A DNA stretch of 64,000 nt from an uncultured delta proteobacterium (GCA_963782055.1 CAWAIF010000003.1:5696001-5760000), one strand, 5' to 3'; positions 1 through 9,059 are shown, counted from the stretch's first letter. Notes: a model not told the origin generated them from the sequence alone. Program-made: numbers and translations.

Positions 1-691
1 GCTCTTCATGCAGCAGCTCCTCGGCTTCTCGGCGACCGACGCCGGCCTCGCCCTCATGCCGCGCGTCCTCGTCATGATGGTGGCCACCCCCTTCGTCGGC
101 CGCATCTACAACAAGGTCTCCCCGCGCATCGTCATAGGCATCGGCATCCTCTTCATCGCCTGGGGTGCCTACGACATGAGCCACTTCACGCTGGAGAGCA
201 GCGAGCGCCAGATCATCTGGTCCATCATGACGCAGGGCATCGGCTTCTCCTGCCTCTTCGTGCCGCTCTCCACCGTCGCGCTCTCCACCATCCCGCGCCA
301 CAAGATGGCGGACGCCACCGGGATGAACTCCCTGTTCCGGATGGTGGGGGGCTCGATCGGTCTGGCGATCGTCGCCACGCTGCTCAGCCGCTACACCGTG
401 GCGGCGCAGAACTCCATCTCGGTGCACGTCACCGCGAGCAACCCGGCCGCGCAGCAGCGCATCGGCGCGCTCACTCACTTCTGGATGGCGCGAGGGCTCG
501 ACGCCAAGGCGGCGCACGTCGGGGCGATGCGCATGCTGGAGGGCAGCGTGGCGCGGCAGGCTTCACTCCTCGCCTTCGACAAGGTGCTGCTCGCCGCGGG
601 CGTGGCGTTCCTCTTCGTCCTCCCCCTCCTCATCTTCCTGAAGATGCCGGAGAAGGGGAAGGCGGTGAAGGTCGACGTCCACATGGAGTGA
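1..691 (+). CDS. DHA2 (EmrB/QacA) family MFS efflux transporter, C-terminal part (5' end outside window)
   Basis: Multiple TM helices; MQQLLGFSATDAGLALMPR and DATGMNSLFRMVGGSIGLAI are typical of EmrB-like permeases; stop TGA at 689-691. Confidence 0.9.
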   Translation, partial: LFMQQLLGFSATDAGLALMPRVLVMMVATPFVGRIYNKVSPRIVIGIGILFIAWGAYDMSHFTLESSERQIIWSIMTQGIGFSCLFVPLSTVALSTIPRHKMADATGMNSLFRMVGGSIGLAIVATLLSRYTVAAQNSISVHVTASNPAAQQRIGALTHFWMARGLDAKAAHVGAMRMLEGSVARQASLLAFDKVLLAAGVAFLFVLPLLIFLKMPEKGKAVKVDVHME

Positions 692-809
692 CTGTCCCCC
701 CTGTCCCCCCTTCCCGTCCCCGGACACCAACCGTCGAATTGCAAGCACGCCTGCCGTTCGACGTTTCGCGGGGAATCCGTGAGGGGGGGCGGGTGGCATG
801 GGGCGTGCT
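692..809 (+). promoter_or_regulatory. Sigma54-type promoter (TGGCAT-N5-GTGCT, 794-809) with upstream GTCCCCGGACAC palindrome (716-727) and CTGTCCCCC repeats
   Basis: GG-N10-GC spacing exact (GG 795-796, GC 807-808); same architecture upstream of the paralog at 25950-26070. Confidence 0.65.
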
Positions 810-820
810 GATGGGTGGGG

Positions 821-1396
821 ATGGACCCTGTGTTCTTCACTCTCAAGCGCGCGTACTACGCGACGCTCAAGCTGACACGGCGCGCGCTTGCGGCGATGGG
901 GCTCACGGCGGCGCGCTACGACGTGCTCGATGCGCTCCACCGGCTCGGGTCGCGCTGTGTTCACCTTCAGAGCCACCTTCGGCGGGCGATGGGCGTGGCG
1001 CGCTCCACGATCAGCGTGATGATGCGGTCGCTCGAGCGGATCGGGCTGGTGACGCGGCGGCGTGACGGGCGCGACATCCTCGTCGAGCTGACGGCGGAGG
1101 GGCGGCGGCGCGTGCGACGCGCCTTCTTCGGGCTCGTGCTGGTCGGGCACGTCGGCTCGGCGCTGGACGGCGCGCTCGCGCCCGGGCAGCGGCGCTGGCC
1201 TGCCCCGCGCGCGTGCGCCCGAGCCCGGCGGCACCTCCAGGTGCTCTGCCTGCGCATCAGGGACGGGTTCGGCGACGAGGCCGAGCTCGACCTCGTCGGG
1301 AGTATCTGGTGGCACCGCGAGCAGGACCGCGTGCGCCACCTGCGCCAGCGTCTGGAGCAGCGCCGGCGTCAGGTCGACCTCGGCGACGTCGCTTGA
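821..1396 (+). CDS. MarR-family winged-helix regulator with C-terminal extension (copy A)
   Basis: GLTAARYDVL..QSHLRRAMGVARSTISVMMRSLERIGLV..DGRDILVELTAEGR is a MarR wHTH signature; ATG at 821 aligns with the paralog start. Confidence 0.85.
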   Translation: MDPVFFTLKRAYYATLKLTRRALAAMGLTAARYDVLDALHRLGSRCVHLQSHLRRAMGVARSTISVMMRSLERIGLVTRRRDGRDILVELTAEGRRRVRRAFFGLVLVGHVGSALDGALAPGQRRWPAPRACARARRHLQVLCLRIRDGFGDEAELDLVGSIWWHREQDRVRHLRQRLEQRRRQVDLGDVA

Positions 1397-1508
1397 ACCG
1401 TGCTCGAGGCGGCCCGCTCGCGCGAGGTGGCCATTTCTCGACCGTCGACCGCGCTCGCGGGGCGCCAACATGAGCGGTCGCGATTCGCGAACGCGAACCA
1501 AGGGGGGA

Positions 1509-1552
1509 GCCGCCGAATTCACCTCGGCGGCGCGGGGATGAGCATCCCCCGC
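1509..1552. terminator. Two adjacent GC-rich hairpins between convergent genes
   Basis: GCCGCCGA/TCGGCGGC (1509-1531) and GCGGGGATG/CATCCCCCGC (1532-1552). Confidence 0.5.
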
Positions 1553-1561
1553 CCCGCTGGT

Positions 1562-2518
1562 CTAGACCCGTGTGCTCGGCGCGGTCCAGTCCACGATCGG
1601 TCCCCTGGGGACGATGCGGGTCGGGTTGATGGTGGGCTGGCTGCGATAGTAGTGCTGCTTGATGTGGTCGAAGCTCACCGTCGAGGCGACCGGGGCCATC
1701 TGGTAGACGGCGCGCGCGTAGTCCCAGAGCGCGCGGTAGTCGACGAGGCGCCGCAGGTTGCACTTGAAGTGGCCGTGGTAGACCGCGTCGAAGCGCACCA
1801 GCGTCGTGAAGAGGCGGACGTCGGCCTCGGTGAACGCGTCGCCCATCAGGAAGCGCGAGGCGGCGAGGCGCGCCTCCAGCCAGTCCAGCGTCCCGAAGAG
1901 CGCGGTGACCGCCTCGTCGTACGCCTCCTGGCGCGTGGCGAAGCCCGCCTGGTAGACGCCGTTGTTGACCGTGTCGTAGACGCGCGCGTTGACCTCGTCG
2001 ATCCCCGCGCGCAGCGGCTCGGGGTAGAGGGGCGCGAGCGGCCGCGTCGACAGCGGGTCGAAGGCGTCGTCCAGCATGCGCAAGATCTCGGAGGACTCGT
2101 TGCTCACGATCGTCGCCTCCCGGGTGTCCCAGAGCACCGGCACCGTGACGCGCCCCGTGAAGTGCGGGTCCGCCCGCGCGTAGATCTCGTGGAGGTAGCG
2201 CGCGCCGAAGAGGGGGTCCGGGACGCAGCCAGGGCCGTCGGAGAACGACCAGCCCTGCTCGCCCATGAAGGGGTCCACCACCGACACCGGGATGGCTTCT
2301 TCCAGCCCCTTGAGCGCGCGCACCACCAGCGTGCGGTGCGCCCACGGGCACGCGAGCGAGACGTAGAGGCGGTAGCGCCCCGGCTCCGCCGCGAAGCGCG
2401 CGCCTGGCTCGCGGCTGACCCACTGCCGGAAGGTGGCCGGTCTGCGCAGGAAGCGCCCCCCGGTCGAGGCGGTGTCGTACCCACAATCCTCCCACACGCC
2501 GTCCACCAGCAGTCCCAT
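1562..2518 (-). CDS. yqjG: Glutathionyl-hydroquinone reductase (omega-like glutathione S-transferase)
   Basis: MGLLVDGVW, RYRLYVSLACPWAHR, GRVTVPVLWD, IVSNESSEI, NNGVYQAGFA, YHGHFKCN, HIKQHYYRS motifs. Confidence 0.93.
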   Translation of the reverse strand: MGLLVDGVWEDCGYDTASTGGRFLRRPATFRQWVSREPGARFAAEPGRYRLYVSLACPWAHRTLVVRALKGLEEAIPVSVVDPFMGEQGWSFSDGPGCVPDPLFGARYLHEIYARADPHFTGRVTVPVLWDTREATIVSNESSEILRMLDDAFDPLSTRPLAPLYPEPLRAGIDEVNARVYDTVNNGVYQAGFATRQEAYDEAVTALFGTLDWLEARLAASRFLMGDAFTEADVRLFTTLVRFDAVYHGHFKCNLRRLVDYRALWDYARAVYQMAPVASTVSFDHIKQHYYRSQPTINPTRIVPRGPIVDWTAPSTRV

Positions 2519-2598
2519 TGCAAGCATTGTGGCGGTGGAACGGGCCGGAGCCAACCCGCGCGCGGGCCCCGGGGGGGCGCGGGCCCTATACTCGCAGG

Positions 2599-3990
2599 AT
2601 GCGCAGGTCGCTGGTGCTCGCCATCCTCCTCGCCGGGTGCCACGGGCACCCCATGCTCGCGACGCTCACGCCCGCGGGGCAGTGGAGCTACGACGTGGCC
2701 GAGGAGCAGGACGGGCGCGTGCTGGCGGTGACCGCCGACTTTCCCCCCGGCACGCCCGGCGCGATGCGTGTCGACGGCGACACGCGGCGCTTCGTGCAGC
2801 GCGTGGAGTGGCAGGACGGCGGCGGCTGGAGCGCCGCGGCCACCACGGCCGGCGGATGGACCGTCCCCGGCTGCGCCGAGCACGGGTGCCGCGTTCGCTA
2901 CCGCTTCGCGCTGGGGGACGCGGCGCGCACCCTCGACGACCTGGACCGCGCCGCGCGCCTGGACGACGCCTACCTCGTCGCCCCCTCGGCGTGGATGCTC
3001 GGCCCCCGCGCGGCGACCGGGCGCTCCTTCCGCCTGCGCGTGCGCCACGGCGACGCCATGACCGCGGGCCTCACCGCGAGCGGGCCAGACGTACGAGAGG
3101 GTCCCCTCCCCTTCCCGAGCGCGCCCGTCACCATCTTCGGGCGCTTCCGGCCGCTCGCCGTGAACGTGCAGAATGCACGCATCGACGTGGCGGTCACCGC
3201 GCCGTCGCTCGCCGTGACCGACGCGCAGGTGCGCGACTGGGTGCGGTCCGACGCGAGCGCCATCGCCGCCGAGTACGGGCGCTACCCCGTCGACCACCTG
3301 CTGCTCACCCTGCCCTCCGCGCGGTGGCGCGAGATCGGCTACGGGCAGACGATGGGCGGCGGCGGCGCGGCGATCACCGTCTTCATCGGCCCCGGCGCGA
3401 CGGGCCGCGAGCTCGGCGACGACTGGGTGCTGGAGCACGAGATGGTGCACCTCGCGCTGCCCTCGCTGGAGGCGCGCTACCACTGGCTGGAGGAGGGCAT
3501 CGCCACCTACCTCGAGCCCTTCGCGCGGACGCGCGCGGGCCTGCTCGACGACGAGCGCGTGTGGTCCGGCCTGGTGCACGGCCTCCCGCTCGGCGAGCCA
3601 GAGCCGGGCGACGAGGGCATCGACCGCACGCCCACCTGGGGCCGCACGTACTGGGGCGGCGCGCTCTTCTGCTTCGTGGCGGACCTGACCATCCGCGAGA
3701 AGAGCGGCGGGAAGAGGTCGCTGGACGACGCGCTGCGCGCCATCGTCCGCGCGGGCGGCAGCATCGAGACGAGCTGGGACCTGGAGCGCGTGCTGCAGAC
3801 CGGCGACCGGGGCACCGGCCTCACCGTGCTCCACGATCTGCACGCGGCGTGGTCGCAGACACCGGTCGAGGTGGACCTCGCCGGGTGGTGGAAGCGCCTC
3901 GGGGTGGTCGTCCGCGACGGCAGGTTCGCCGGCGTGGACGACGGCGCGCCCCTCGCCCATATGCGCAAGGCGATGGTCGCCCGGCGCTAG
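2599..3990 (+). CDS. Putative zinc metallopeptidase lipoprotein (gluzincin/M61-like)
   Basis: Lipobox LLAGC; HEMVH followed by WLEEGIATY; YWGGALFCF resembles the M61 C-terminal motif. Confidence 0.7.
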   Translation: MRRSLVLAILLAGCHGHPMLATLTPAGQWSYDVAEEQDGRVLAVTADFPPGTPGAMRVDGDTRRFVQRVEWQDGGGWSAAATTAGGWTVPGCAEHGCRVRYRFALGDAARTLDDLDRAARLDDAYLVAPSAWMLGPRAATGRSFRLRVRHGDAMTAGLTASGPDVREGPLPFPSAPVTIFGRFRPLAVNVQNARIDVAVTAPSLAVTDAQVRDWVRSDASAIAAEYGRYPVDHLLLTLPSARWREIGYGQTMGGGGAAITVFIGPGATGRELGDDWVLEHEMVHLALPSLEARYHWLEEGIATYLEPFARTRAGLLDDERVWSGLVHGLPLGEPEPGDEGIDRTPTWGRTYWGGALFCFVADLTIREKSGGKRSLDDALRAIVRAGGSIETSWDLERVLQTGDRGTGLTVLHDLHAAWSQTPVEVDLAGWWKRLGVVVRDGRFAGVDDGAPLAHMRKAMVARR

Positions 3991-4056
3991 AATGGCCCGC
4001 GGGCGAACCCTTTTCGCCCCCGCCGGCTCCTACCCCCCTGAAGGAGTATCCTGCCC

Positions 4057-4233
4057 ATGTGTACACGCGTCCGTTGCAGCGATTGTGGCAAGCCCAGCTT
4101 CGTGGGCTGTGGCCGCCATGTCGAACAGGTGCTGGGTGACGTGCCCAGGGAGAGCCGTTGCAAGTGCAACGAGCACCAGCAGACCGAGCAGCGCTCCGGA
4201 TCCATCCTGGATCGCCTCTTCAGCAAGGGCTGA
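4057..4233 (+). CDS. Small Cys-rich protein, 58 aa (MCTRVRCSDCGKPSFVGCGRHVEQVLGDVPRESRCKC...), absent from the ORF track
   Basis: AAGGAG RBS at 4041-4046, ATG 4057, TGA 4231-4233; C-x4-CxxC-x7-CGxH...CxC pattern. Confidence 0.8.
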   Translation: MCTRVRCSDCGKPSFVGCGRHVEQVLGDVPRESRCKCNEHQQTEQRSGSILDRLFSKG

Positions 4234-4236
4234 GGC

Positions 4237-4725
4237 TCACGCCGCGCCGCGGTGACCCGCCGCCGGCGACGGGCGGGGGGCGCGCAGCCCCAGCCGCACG
4301 GCGATGGACGAGCGTCCCTCCTGGTCCAGGTAGCGATCGGCCCACTGGTACATCAGCGCGTCCTCGCGGCGCGCGTGTGCGCGCAGCAGCTCGACGAACT
4401 GCGCGGTCATCCCGGTGTTCACCATGTGCAGGTCGACGCCCACGCTCAGATCCGCCAGCTTCCGGCGGAAGGTGCCGTGCTCCGCGTGGAGCTCCGCCGC
4501 CTCTCGTGGGTGCTCGTGCTCGAACAGCGGGAGGATGTAACGCTCCTCGGCGTCCAGGTGCGCGGTGAGCCCCTCGTCGAAGCTCGTCCACAGCGCCTGG
4601 ATGGCGTCGCGGTCACCGCTGCGGAAGGCGGCGACGAGGTGCGAGAAGAGACGGTCGAGTCGGGCGTGGTCGTTCGCGAGCATGGCGCGCGGCCCCTCGG
4701 CGCCCCAGGGTGAGGCGGTAGTCAT
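4237..4725 (-). CDS. Hemerythrin (HHE) domain protein
   Basis: DHARLD, HLDAEERYILP, EHGTFR, HARREDALMY motifs; AAGGAG upstream; start overlaps the upstream stop (ATGA). Confidence 0.85.
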   Translation of the reverse strand: MTTASPWGAEGPRAMLANDHARLDRLFSHLVAAFRSGDRDAIQALWTSFDEGLTAHLDAEERYILPLFEHEHPREAAELHAEHGTFRRKLADLSVGVDLHMVNTGMTAQFVELLRAHARREDALMYQWADRYLDQEGRSSIAVRLGLRAPRPSPAAGHRGAA

Positions 4726-5681
4726 GGCGGTGTCTCCTTGTTGGCTTTGGGCGGCAGGTGAGGCTGGAGCGGCGGTGCGAAGAGCAGCGGGTCGTCGGTG
4801 ACCGTCACGCGGAACCGGTCGAGCTCCATGGGCGTCGGGTCGGCGTCGCCCAGCTCCAGGTAGCCGACGACGTCGTACTGACCGGGCGTGTTCATCACGC
4901 ACGTCACCGGGACGCGCTGCGTGTACATCGCGCCCGGAGCGAGCACGGGCGGCACGTCCAGCCTCGTCGGCGACTCCAGGCACGCGACGGTCGAGCCGAC
5001 GTGGTAGACGCGAAAGACCACGCGCGCGCGCACACCGTCGATGGGGTGGCGGGATCCGTTGATGAGCGCCACCACCACGCCGTAGTTCGCCTTCGCCCAC
5101 TCCTCCGGGGAGAGCGGCCGCTCGAAGGGGTTGCCGCTCACGCCGGCGAAGAGCCCGTTCAGCTCCGGGTCCGGCTGCGGCACGCCCATGCCGGCCCCCC
5201 GGAGGCGCACGGTGAAGGTCCCGACGGCGTCGGCGGGCGCGCCGAGCCGCGGCGCCCGACCGAACGCGGCGTAGGCGGCGAAGGCGTACGTCCCGGGCAA
5301 GGGCAGCGAGCAGTCGAGCGTGCGCCGGTAGACAAAGGACTGGTGAGGCTGGAGCACCGCCGGCTCGCGTCCTGTCGGCATGTTGCCGCTGGGCCGGCAC
5401 GGGTAGGCCACGCCCTCGCGGCTGGCGGTGAAGGCGACGGTGAGGTCGTCCACCGGCACGGCGACCGGCCCGACGTTGGTCACGCGCAGCGTGACCGGGG
5501 CGCCCGCCAGACCGAAGACGTCCAGCTTGTACGAAGCCACGGCGGGTGCGTCGACCTCGACACGCACGCCGGAGCTGCGTGCCGGGGGCGCGGCCGGCGC
5601 GACGGTGTCGGGGCCGGGGGAGGCGGCGCTCGCGCAGCCGCCCGCGAGCAGCAGGACCATGGCTCGAAGCCAGCGGGACAT
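4722..5681 (-). CDS. Hypothetical lipoprotein with two Ig-like beta-sandwich repeats
   Basis: Lipobox LLAGGC; two VTLRVTNVG/VVVALINGS...PGTY/PGQY segments; GGAGGT RBS upstream of ATG 5681. Confidence 0.6.
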   Translation of the reverse strand: MSRWLRAMVLLLAGGCASAASPGPDTVAPAAPPARSSGVRVEVDAPAVASYKLDVFGLAGAPVTLRVTNVGPVAVPVDDLTVAFTASREGVAYPCRPSGNMPTGREPAVLQPHQSFVYRRTLDCSLPLPGTYAFAAYAAFGRAPRLGAPADAVGTFTVRLRGAGMGVPQPDPELNGLFAGVSGNPFERPLSPEEWAKANYGVVVALINGSRHPIDGVRARVVFRVYHVGSTVACLESPTRLDVPPVLAPGAMYTQRVPVTCVMNTPGQYDVVGYLELGDADPTPMELDRFRVTVTDDPLLFAPPLQPHLPPKANKETPP

Positions 5682-5942
5682 GACCTCCCATCTCGCAAGG
5701 GGCGCGCCATCACCAGCCGGCGCACCCGCGGCGCGGGCAGCACCGATCGGCTGCGAAGATTGCGCGGACTCGCACGCCCTGCGCCCGCGGGCCTCCACGG
5801 CGGCCCGGGCACCATGGGCACGTGATCCTCGAACGCCGACCTCCGCGAGCAAAGCGAGCGCCGCGTGGGGTGGGGCCCCGAGAGATCGCGTTTCTCGGGG
5901 CCGGGCGGCGCGTGCCGCCCCGTGAGACAAGACCTGAATCGC

Positions 5943-5969
5943 ACGAGCGCGACTCCGGATCGCGCTCGT
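5943..5969 (-). terminator. Hairpin directly after the mat stop codon
   Basis: ACGAGCGCGA-N7-TCGCGCTCGT, perfect 10-bp stem. Confidence 0.55.
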
Positions 5970-5973
5970 TCAT

Positions 5974-7164
5974 TTAGAAGAGGCGGACCGACCCCTGGAG
6001 GATCTCGCGCCAGAGGGCGGGGATGTGCGTGACGGCGTCGCGCGCGATCTCCTCGACGCGCGGCGCCACCTCCGAGAGGGTGATCCCCTCGCCCGTGGCG
6101 ACGGCGACGTCGACCACCAGCGGCTCGTCGACCGGCCGTCCGATCTGGCTGACCAGGCGACACTCGGCGTACGAGACGAGCGGCACCGCGTCCACGATGG
6201 CCGCGGCGATCCGGTGCGCGGCCACGTTGTAGAGCTTGCCCACGTGCGAGACCGGGTTCTTGCCCGCGGCGGCCTCCAGCGTCATGGGGCGGTAGGGCGT
6301 GATGAGGCCGTTGACCCGGTTGCCGCGCCCCACCTGCCCGTCGTCGCCGCCCTCCGCCGAGGTGCCCGTCACCGTGAGGTACGCCCGTCCGGACGCCAGA
6401 TCGTCGGCCGCGTTGACCACCACCGGCACCTCGCGACCGGTGACCTGCTGCGCGATGCCCGCCACGCGCCGGGCGAGCTCGGTGCGGCGCTCGGCGTAGG
6501 CGGCGAGGCTCGGCACGAAGCGGTCGACGAAGGCGCACGCCACCGTGAGCTGGATGTCCTCGCCTCGACGCAGGCCGAGCACCTTCACGTCCTCGCCGAT
6601 CTCCGGCGAGGCGCCTGTCATGGTGGGGAGCGCCTCGCCCACCGCCAGCACCGCGCGCTCCAGCACCGAGAGCGGCGCGTAGCCCGCGCCCATCGAGGTG
6701 TCGTTGGCAAGCCAGACGCCGGTGCCGGCGTGCGCCAGGAACACCTCCACCAGCTCGCTCGACCCGGGCCGGATGAGCGGACGGATCTTCACGTGGCGCG
6801 CGGGGTCGAGCGCGTGCATCCGCCCGGCGAGCCAGCGTCGACTCCCCTCCACCGCCAGCTCGTCCACCGGGATGGTGGCGCCTCGTGCCTCTCGCGTGGC
6901 GCGGCCGGCGAGGTAGATCTCCATCGGCGCGAGGACGTCGCCCCCGCCGAAGCGCGGGCGCGAGACGCCTCCCCAGAGGAGCGCCTTGTCCACGTTGTGG
7001 TGGAGCACCGCGCCGAAGTGCTCGAGGTAGTAGCGGCTCAGGATGACGCTCAGCCGCTCGGCGAGCGCGTCGCAGAGGGTGTCGGGGTGACCGACCCCCT
7101 TGTGCTCCACGATCTCCACCGGGGGCTCGCCAGAGGGGGCGGTGGATACGGTGACGCGGGTCAT
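5974..7164 (-). CDS. mat: Methionine adenosyltransferase, archaeal type
   Basis: EIVEHKGVGHPDTLCD, HHNVDK, LANDTS, GEDVKV, YLTVTGTSAEGGDDGQVGRGNRVNGLITPYRPMTLEAAAGKNPVSHVGKLYN match the archaeal MAT family, not bacterial MetK. Confidence 0.92.
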   Translation of the reverse strand: MTRVTVSTAPSGEPPVEIVEHKGVGHPDTLCDALAERLSVILSRYYLEHFGAVLHHNVDKALLWGGVSRPRFGGGDVLAPMEIYLAGRATREARGATIPVDELAVEGSRRWLAGRMHALDPARHVKIRPLIRPGSSELVEVFLAHAGTGVWLANDTSMGAGYAPLSVLERAVLAVGEALPTMTGASPEIGEDVKVLGLRRGEDIQLTVACAFVDRFVPSLAAYAERRTELARRVAGIAQQVTGREVPVVVNAADDLASGRAYLTVTGTSAEGGDDGQVGRGNRVNGLITPYRPMTLEAAAGKNPVSHVGKLYNVAAHRIAAAIVDAVPLVSYAECRLVSQIGRPVDEPLVVDVAVATGEGITLSEVAPRVEEIARDAVTHIPALWREILQGSVRLF

Positions 7165-7194
7165 GCCCGGGGACGAAGCAACACTCGCGCCGCG

Positions 7195-7210
7195 TGGCAC
7201 GTTGCTCGCA
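7195..7210 (+). promoter_or_regulatory. Sigma54-type promoter upstream of pcm
   Basis: TGGCACGTTGCTCGCA, GG-N10-GC spacing exact. Confidence 0.6.
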
Positions 7211-7253
7211 AGACCCCGGAGGAGCAGCAGGGCTGCCAGCGCGGAGGAACCTC

Positions 7254-7916
7254 ATGAGCACCAGCCTCGGCGGCGTCTGGGAACGGGCGGCGGACGACTT
7301 CAAGGAGCGAGCGAGCTGGCTCTTCCGCACGCTCGCCGCGGAGGGCATCGACCCTCGCGTGCTGCAGATCATGTCGCGCGTCCCGCGCCACCGCTTCGTG
7401 CCGCCCGAGCTCGCCGGCGACGCGTACGAGAACATCCCGCTGCCCATCGGGCACGGGCAGACCATCTCGCAGCCGTACATCGTCGGGCTGATGACCGAGG
7501 CGCTCGCACTGCGCCCGGACGACATCGTCCTGGAGGTGGGCACCGGGTGCGGCTACCAGAGCGCGATCCTGAGCCTCGTGGCGAGGCTGGTCTACTCGGT
7601 GGAGATTGTCCCCGACCTCGCGCGGGAGTCGTCCCTGCGCCTGGAGGGACTGGGCTACCGGAACGTGGAGGTCCGCTGCTCCGACGGCTACCTCGGGTGG
7701 CCGGAGCACGCGCCGTACGATGCCATCTGCGTCACCGCCTCCGCGCCGGAGGTGCCGCCCCCGTTGCTGGCGCAGCTCGCCCCCGGCGGGCGGATGGTCA
7801 TCCCGGTCTACGACGACCTGCTCCTCGTCACCAAGGACGACCGCGGGCACGTGCGGCAGCGCTCCCTCTGCCCGGTCGCCTTCGTCCCGCTCACCCGCGC
7901 TCGCGACGCGGGCTAG
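7254..7916 (+). CDS. pcm: Protein-L-isoaspartate O-methyltransferase
   Basis: VPRHRFVP, PLPIGHGQTISQPYIV, VLEVGTGCGYQSA, DGYLGWPEHAPYDAI, QLAPGGRMVIP; GGAGG RBS. Confidence 0.95.
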   Translation: MSTSLGGVWERAADDFKERASWLFRTLAAEGIDPRVLQIMSRVPRHRFVPPELAGDAYENIPLPIGHGQTISQPYIVGLMTEALALRPDDIVLEVGTGCGYQSAILSLVARLVYSVEIVPDLARESSLRLEGLGYRNVEVRCSDGYLGWPEHAPYDAICVTASAPEVPPPLLAQLAPGGRMVIPVYDDLLLVTKDDRGHVRQRSLCPVAFVPLTRARDAG

Positions 7917-8014
7917 CCGTCCGTCGTCCGCCTCGTGCACCGGGTGCGCCGCGGCGCAAAGCTGGCGGGGCGAGCCTTGTGCCCGGCGGGGGCCCCGGCG
8001 ATGATGGTCGTCCC

Positions 8015-9055
8015 ATGTCCGCCCCCGTGCCGCGTCCCGTCGCCGCCCCCGTGCCGCCCGAGCAGGGCAACATGTCGACCAGCGCGAAGATGTCGCTCGC
8101 GCAGATCGCCATGCAGCTCCGCGACGAGCAACTCCAGGCGCGCGTCGTCCACTACAAGCAGGAGCTACAGACCAACGCCGAGCTGGATGCGGTCACCGCG
8201 CAGGTGATCGCCGAGCTGCAGATGCTCCAGCGCGCCGCCAAGCCGGCCGCGGCGCCTGCCTCGGAGGTGGAGGATCGCGCGCAGCTGGAGATCGAGCTCA
8301 TCGGCAACCTGAAGCGCCTCTTGTGCAAGCTCTTCCCCGCCGACCGCGTCGCGAGCATCGCGCAGCGCAAGCTGGGGGAGGTCTCCAAGCGCTTCGCCCG
8401 CCTCTTCTTCGAGAGCGAGCTGCACGACAAGATCCGCGGCTCCGCCTCCGAGACGAAGACCATGCGCTTCGCCGAGCAGGCGCTCTATCACGTCTTCTCG
8501 CGCAACGAGGAGTACCTGCTCCGCCAGCTCGACCAGTTCGAGTACGCCGCGACGGAGGTGAAGGACCGCGCGCGCGAGCAGCTTCAGGACCAGGTCAAGG
8601 AGCTGCGCAACGAGTTCTTGGGCCGCACGACGCCGGAGCTCAACGCGCTGGTGCGCATCCTCAACGAGGTGCTCACCCTCTTCTTCACCCAGGAGCTGCC
8701 GCCCGCCGCGGGGGAGCTCGCGTGGGAGGTCGTCAAGGAGGCGCGCCTGGCGGACGGGCAGACGCGTGCAGGATACAAGGTCCCGGCCGCGGCCTTCCCG
8801 CGCTTCCGCCAGACCTTCGAGCGGCGCTTCCTGCAGCGCCTCGTCCCCTTCGCGGCCGACGAGATGCTCAAGCGGGTGCACGCCAGCGAGGGCAAGTTCC
8901 GCGTCGAGACGCTGCGCTTCGTGGCGGACCCGCACATCTTCAGCGACGTGTGCGAGCTCATCTGCGAGGCCACCTACGACTTCCTCTACAACGAGGGCTT
9001 CCTGGACCTGCCGGGCGACTGGCGCGCGCGCCTCGGCGCGAGCGGCGCGGTGTGA
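8015..9055 (+). CDS. Hypothetical helical cytoplasmic protein
   Basis: Strong GC3 codon bias and normal composition from MSAPVPRP onward; the part of the called ORF upstream of 8015 overlaps pcm and is spurious. Confidence 0.75.
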   Translation: MSAPVPRPVAAPVPPEQGNMSTSAKMSLAQIAMQLRDEQLQARVVHYKQELQTNAELDAVTAQVIAELQMLQRAAKPAAAPASEVEDRAQLEIELIGNLKRLLCKLFPADRVASIAQRKLGEVSKRFARLFFESELHDKIRGSASETKTMRFAEQALYHVFSRNEEYLLRQLDQFEYAATEVKDRAREQLQDQVKELRNEFLGRTTPELNALVRILNEVLTLFFTQELPPAAGELAWEVVKEARLADGQTRAGYKVPAAAFPRFRQTFERRFLQRLVPFAADEMLKRVHASEGKFRVETLRFVADPHIFSDVCELICEATYDFLYNEGFLDLPGDWRARLGASGAV

Positions 9056-9059
9056 GCGC

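Noticed and set aside
741..756. Second, reverse sigma54-like motif upstream of MarR copy A
   Set aside because: GG-GC spacing is 11 rather than the required 10
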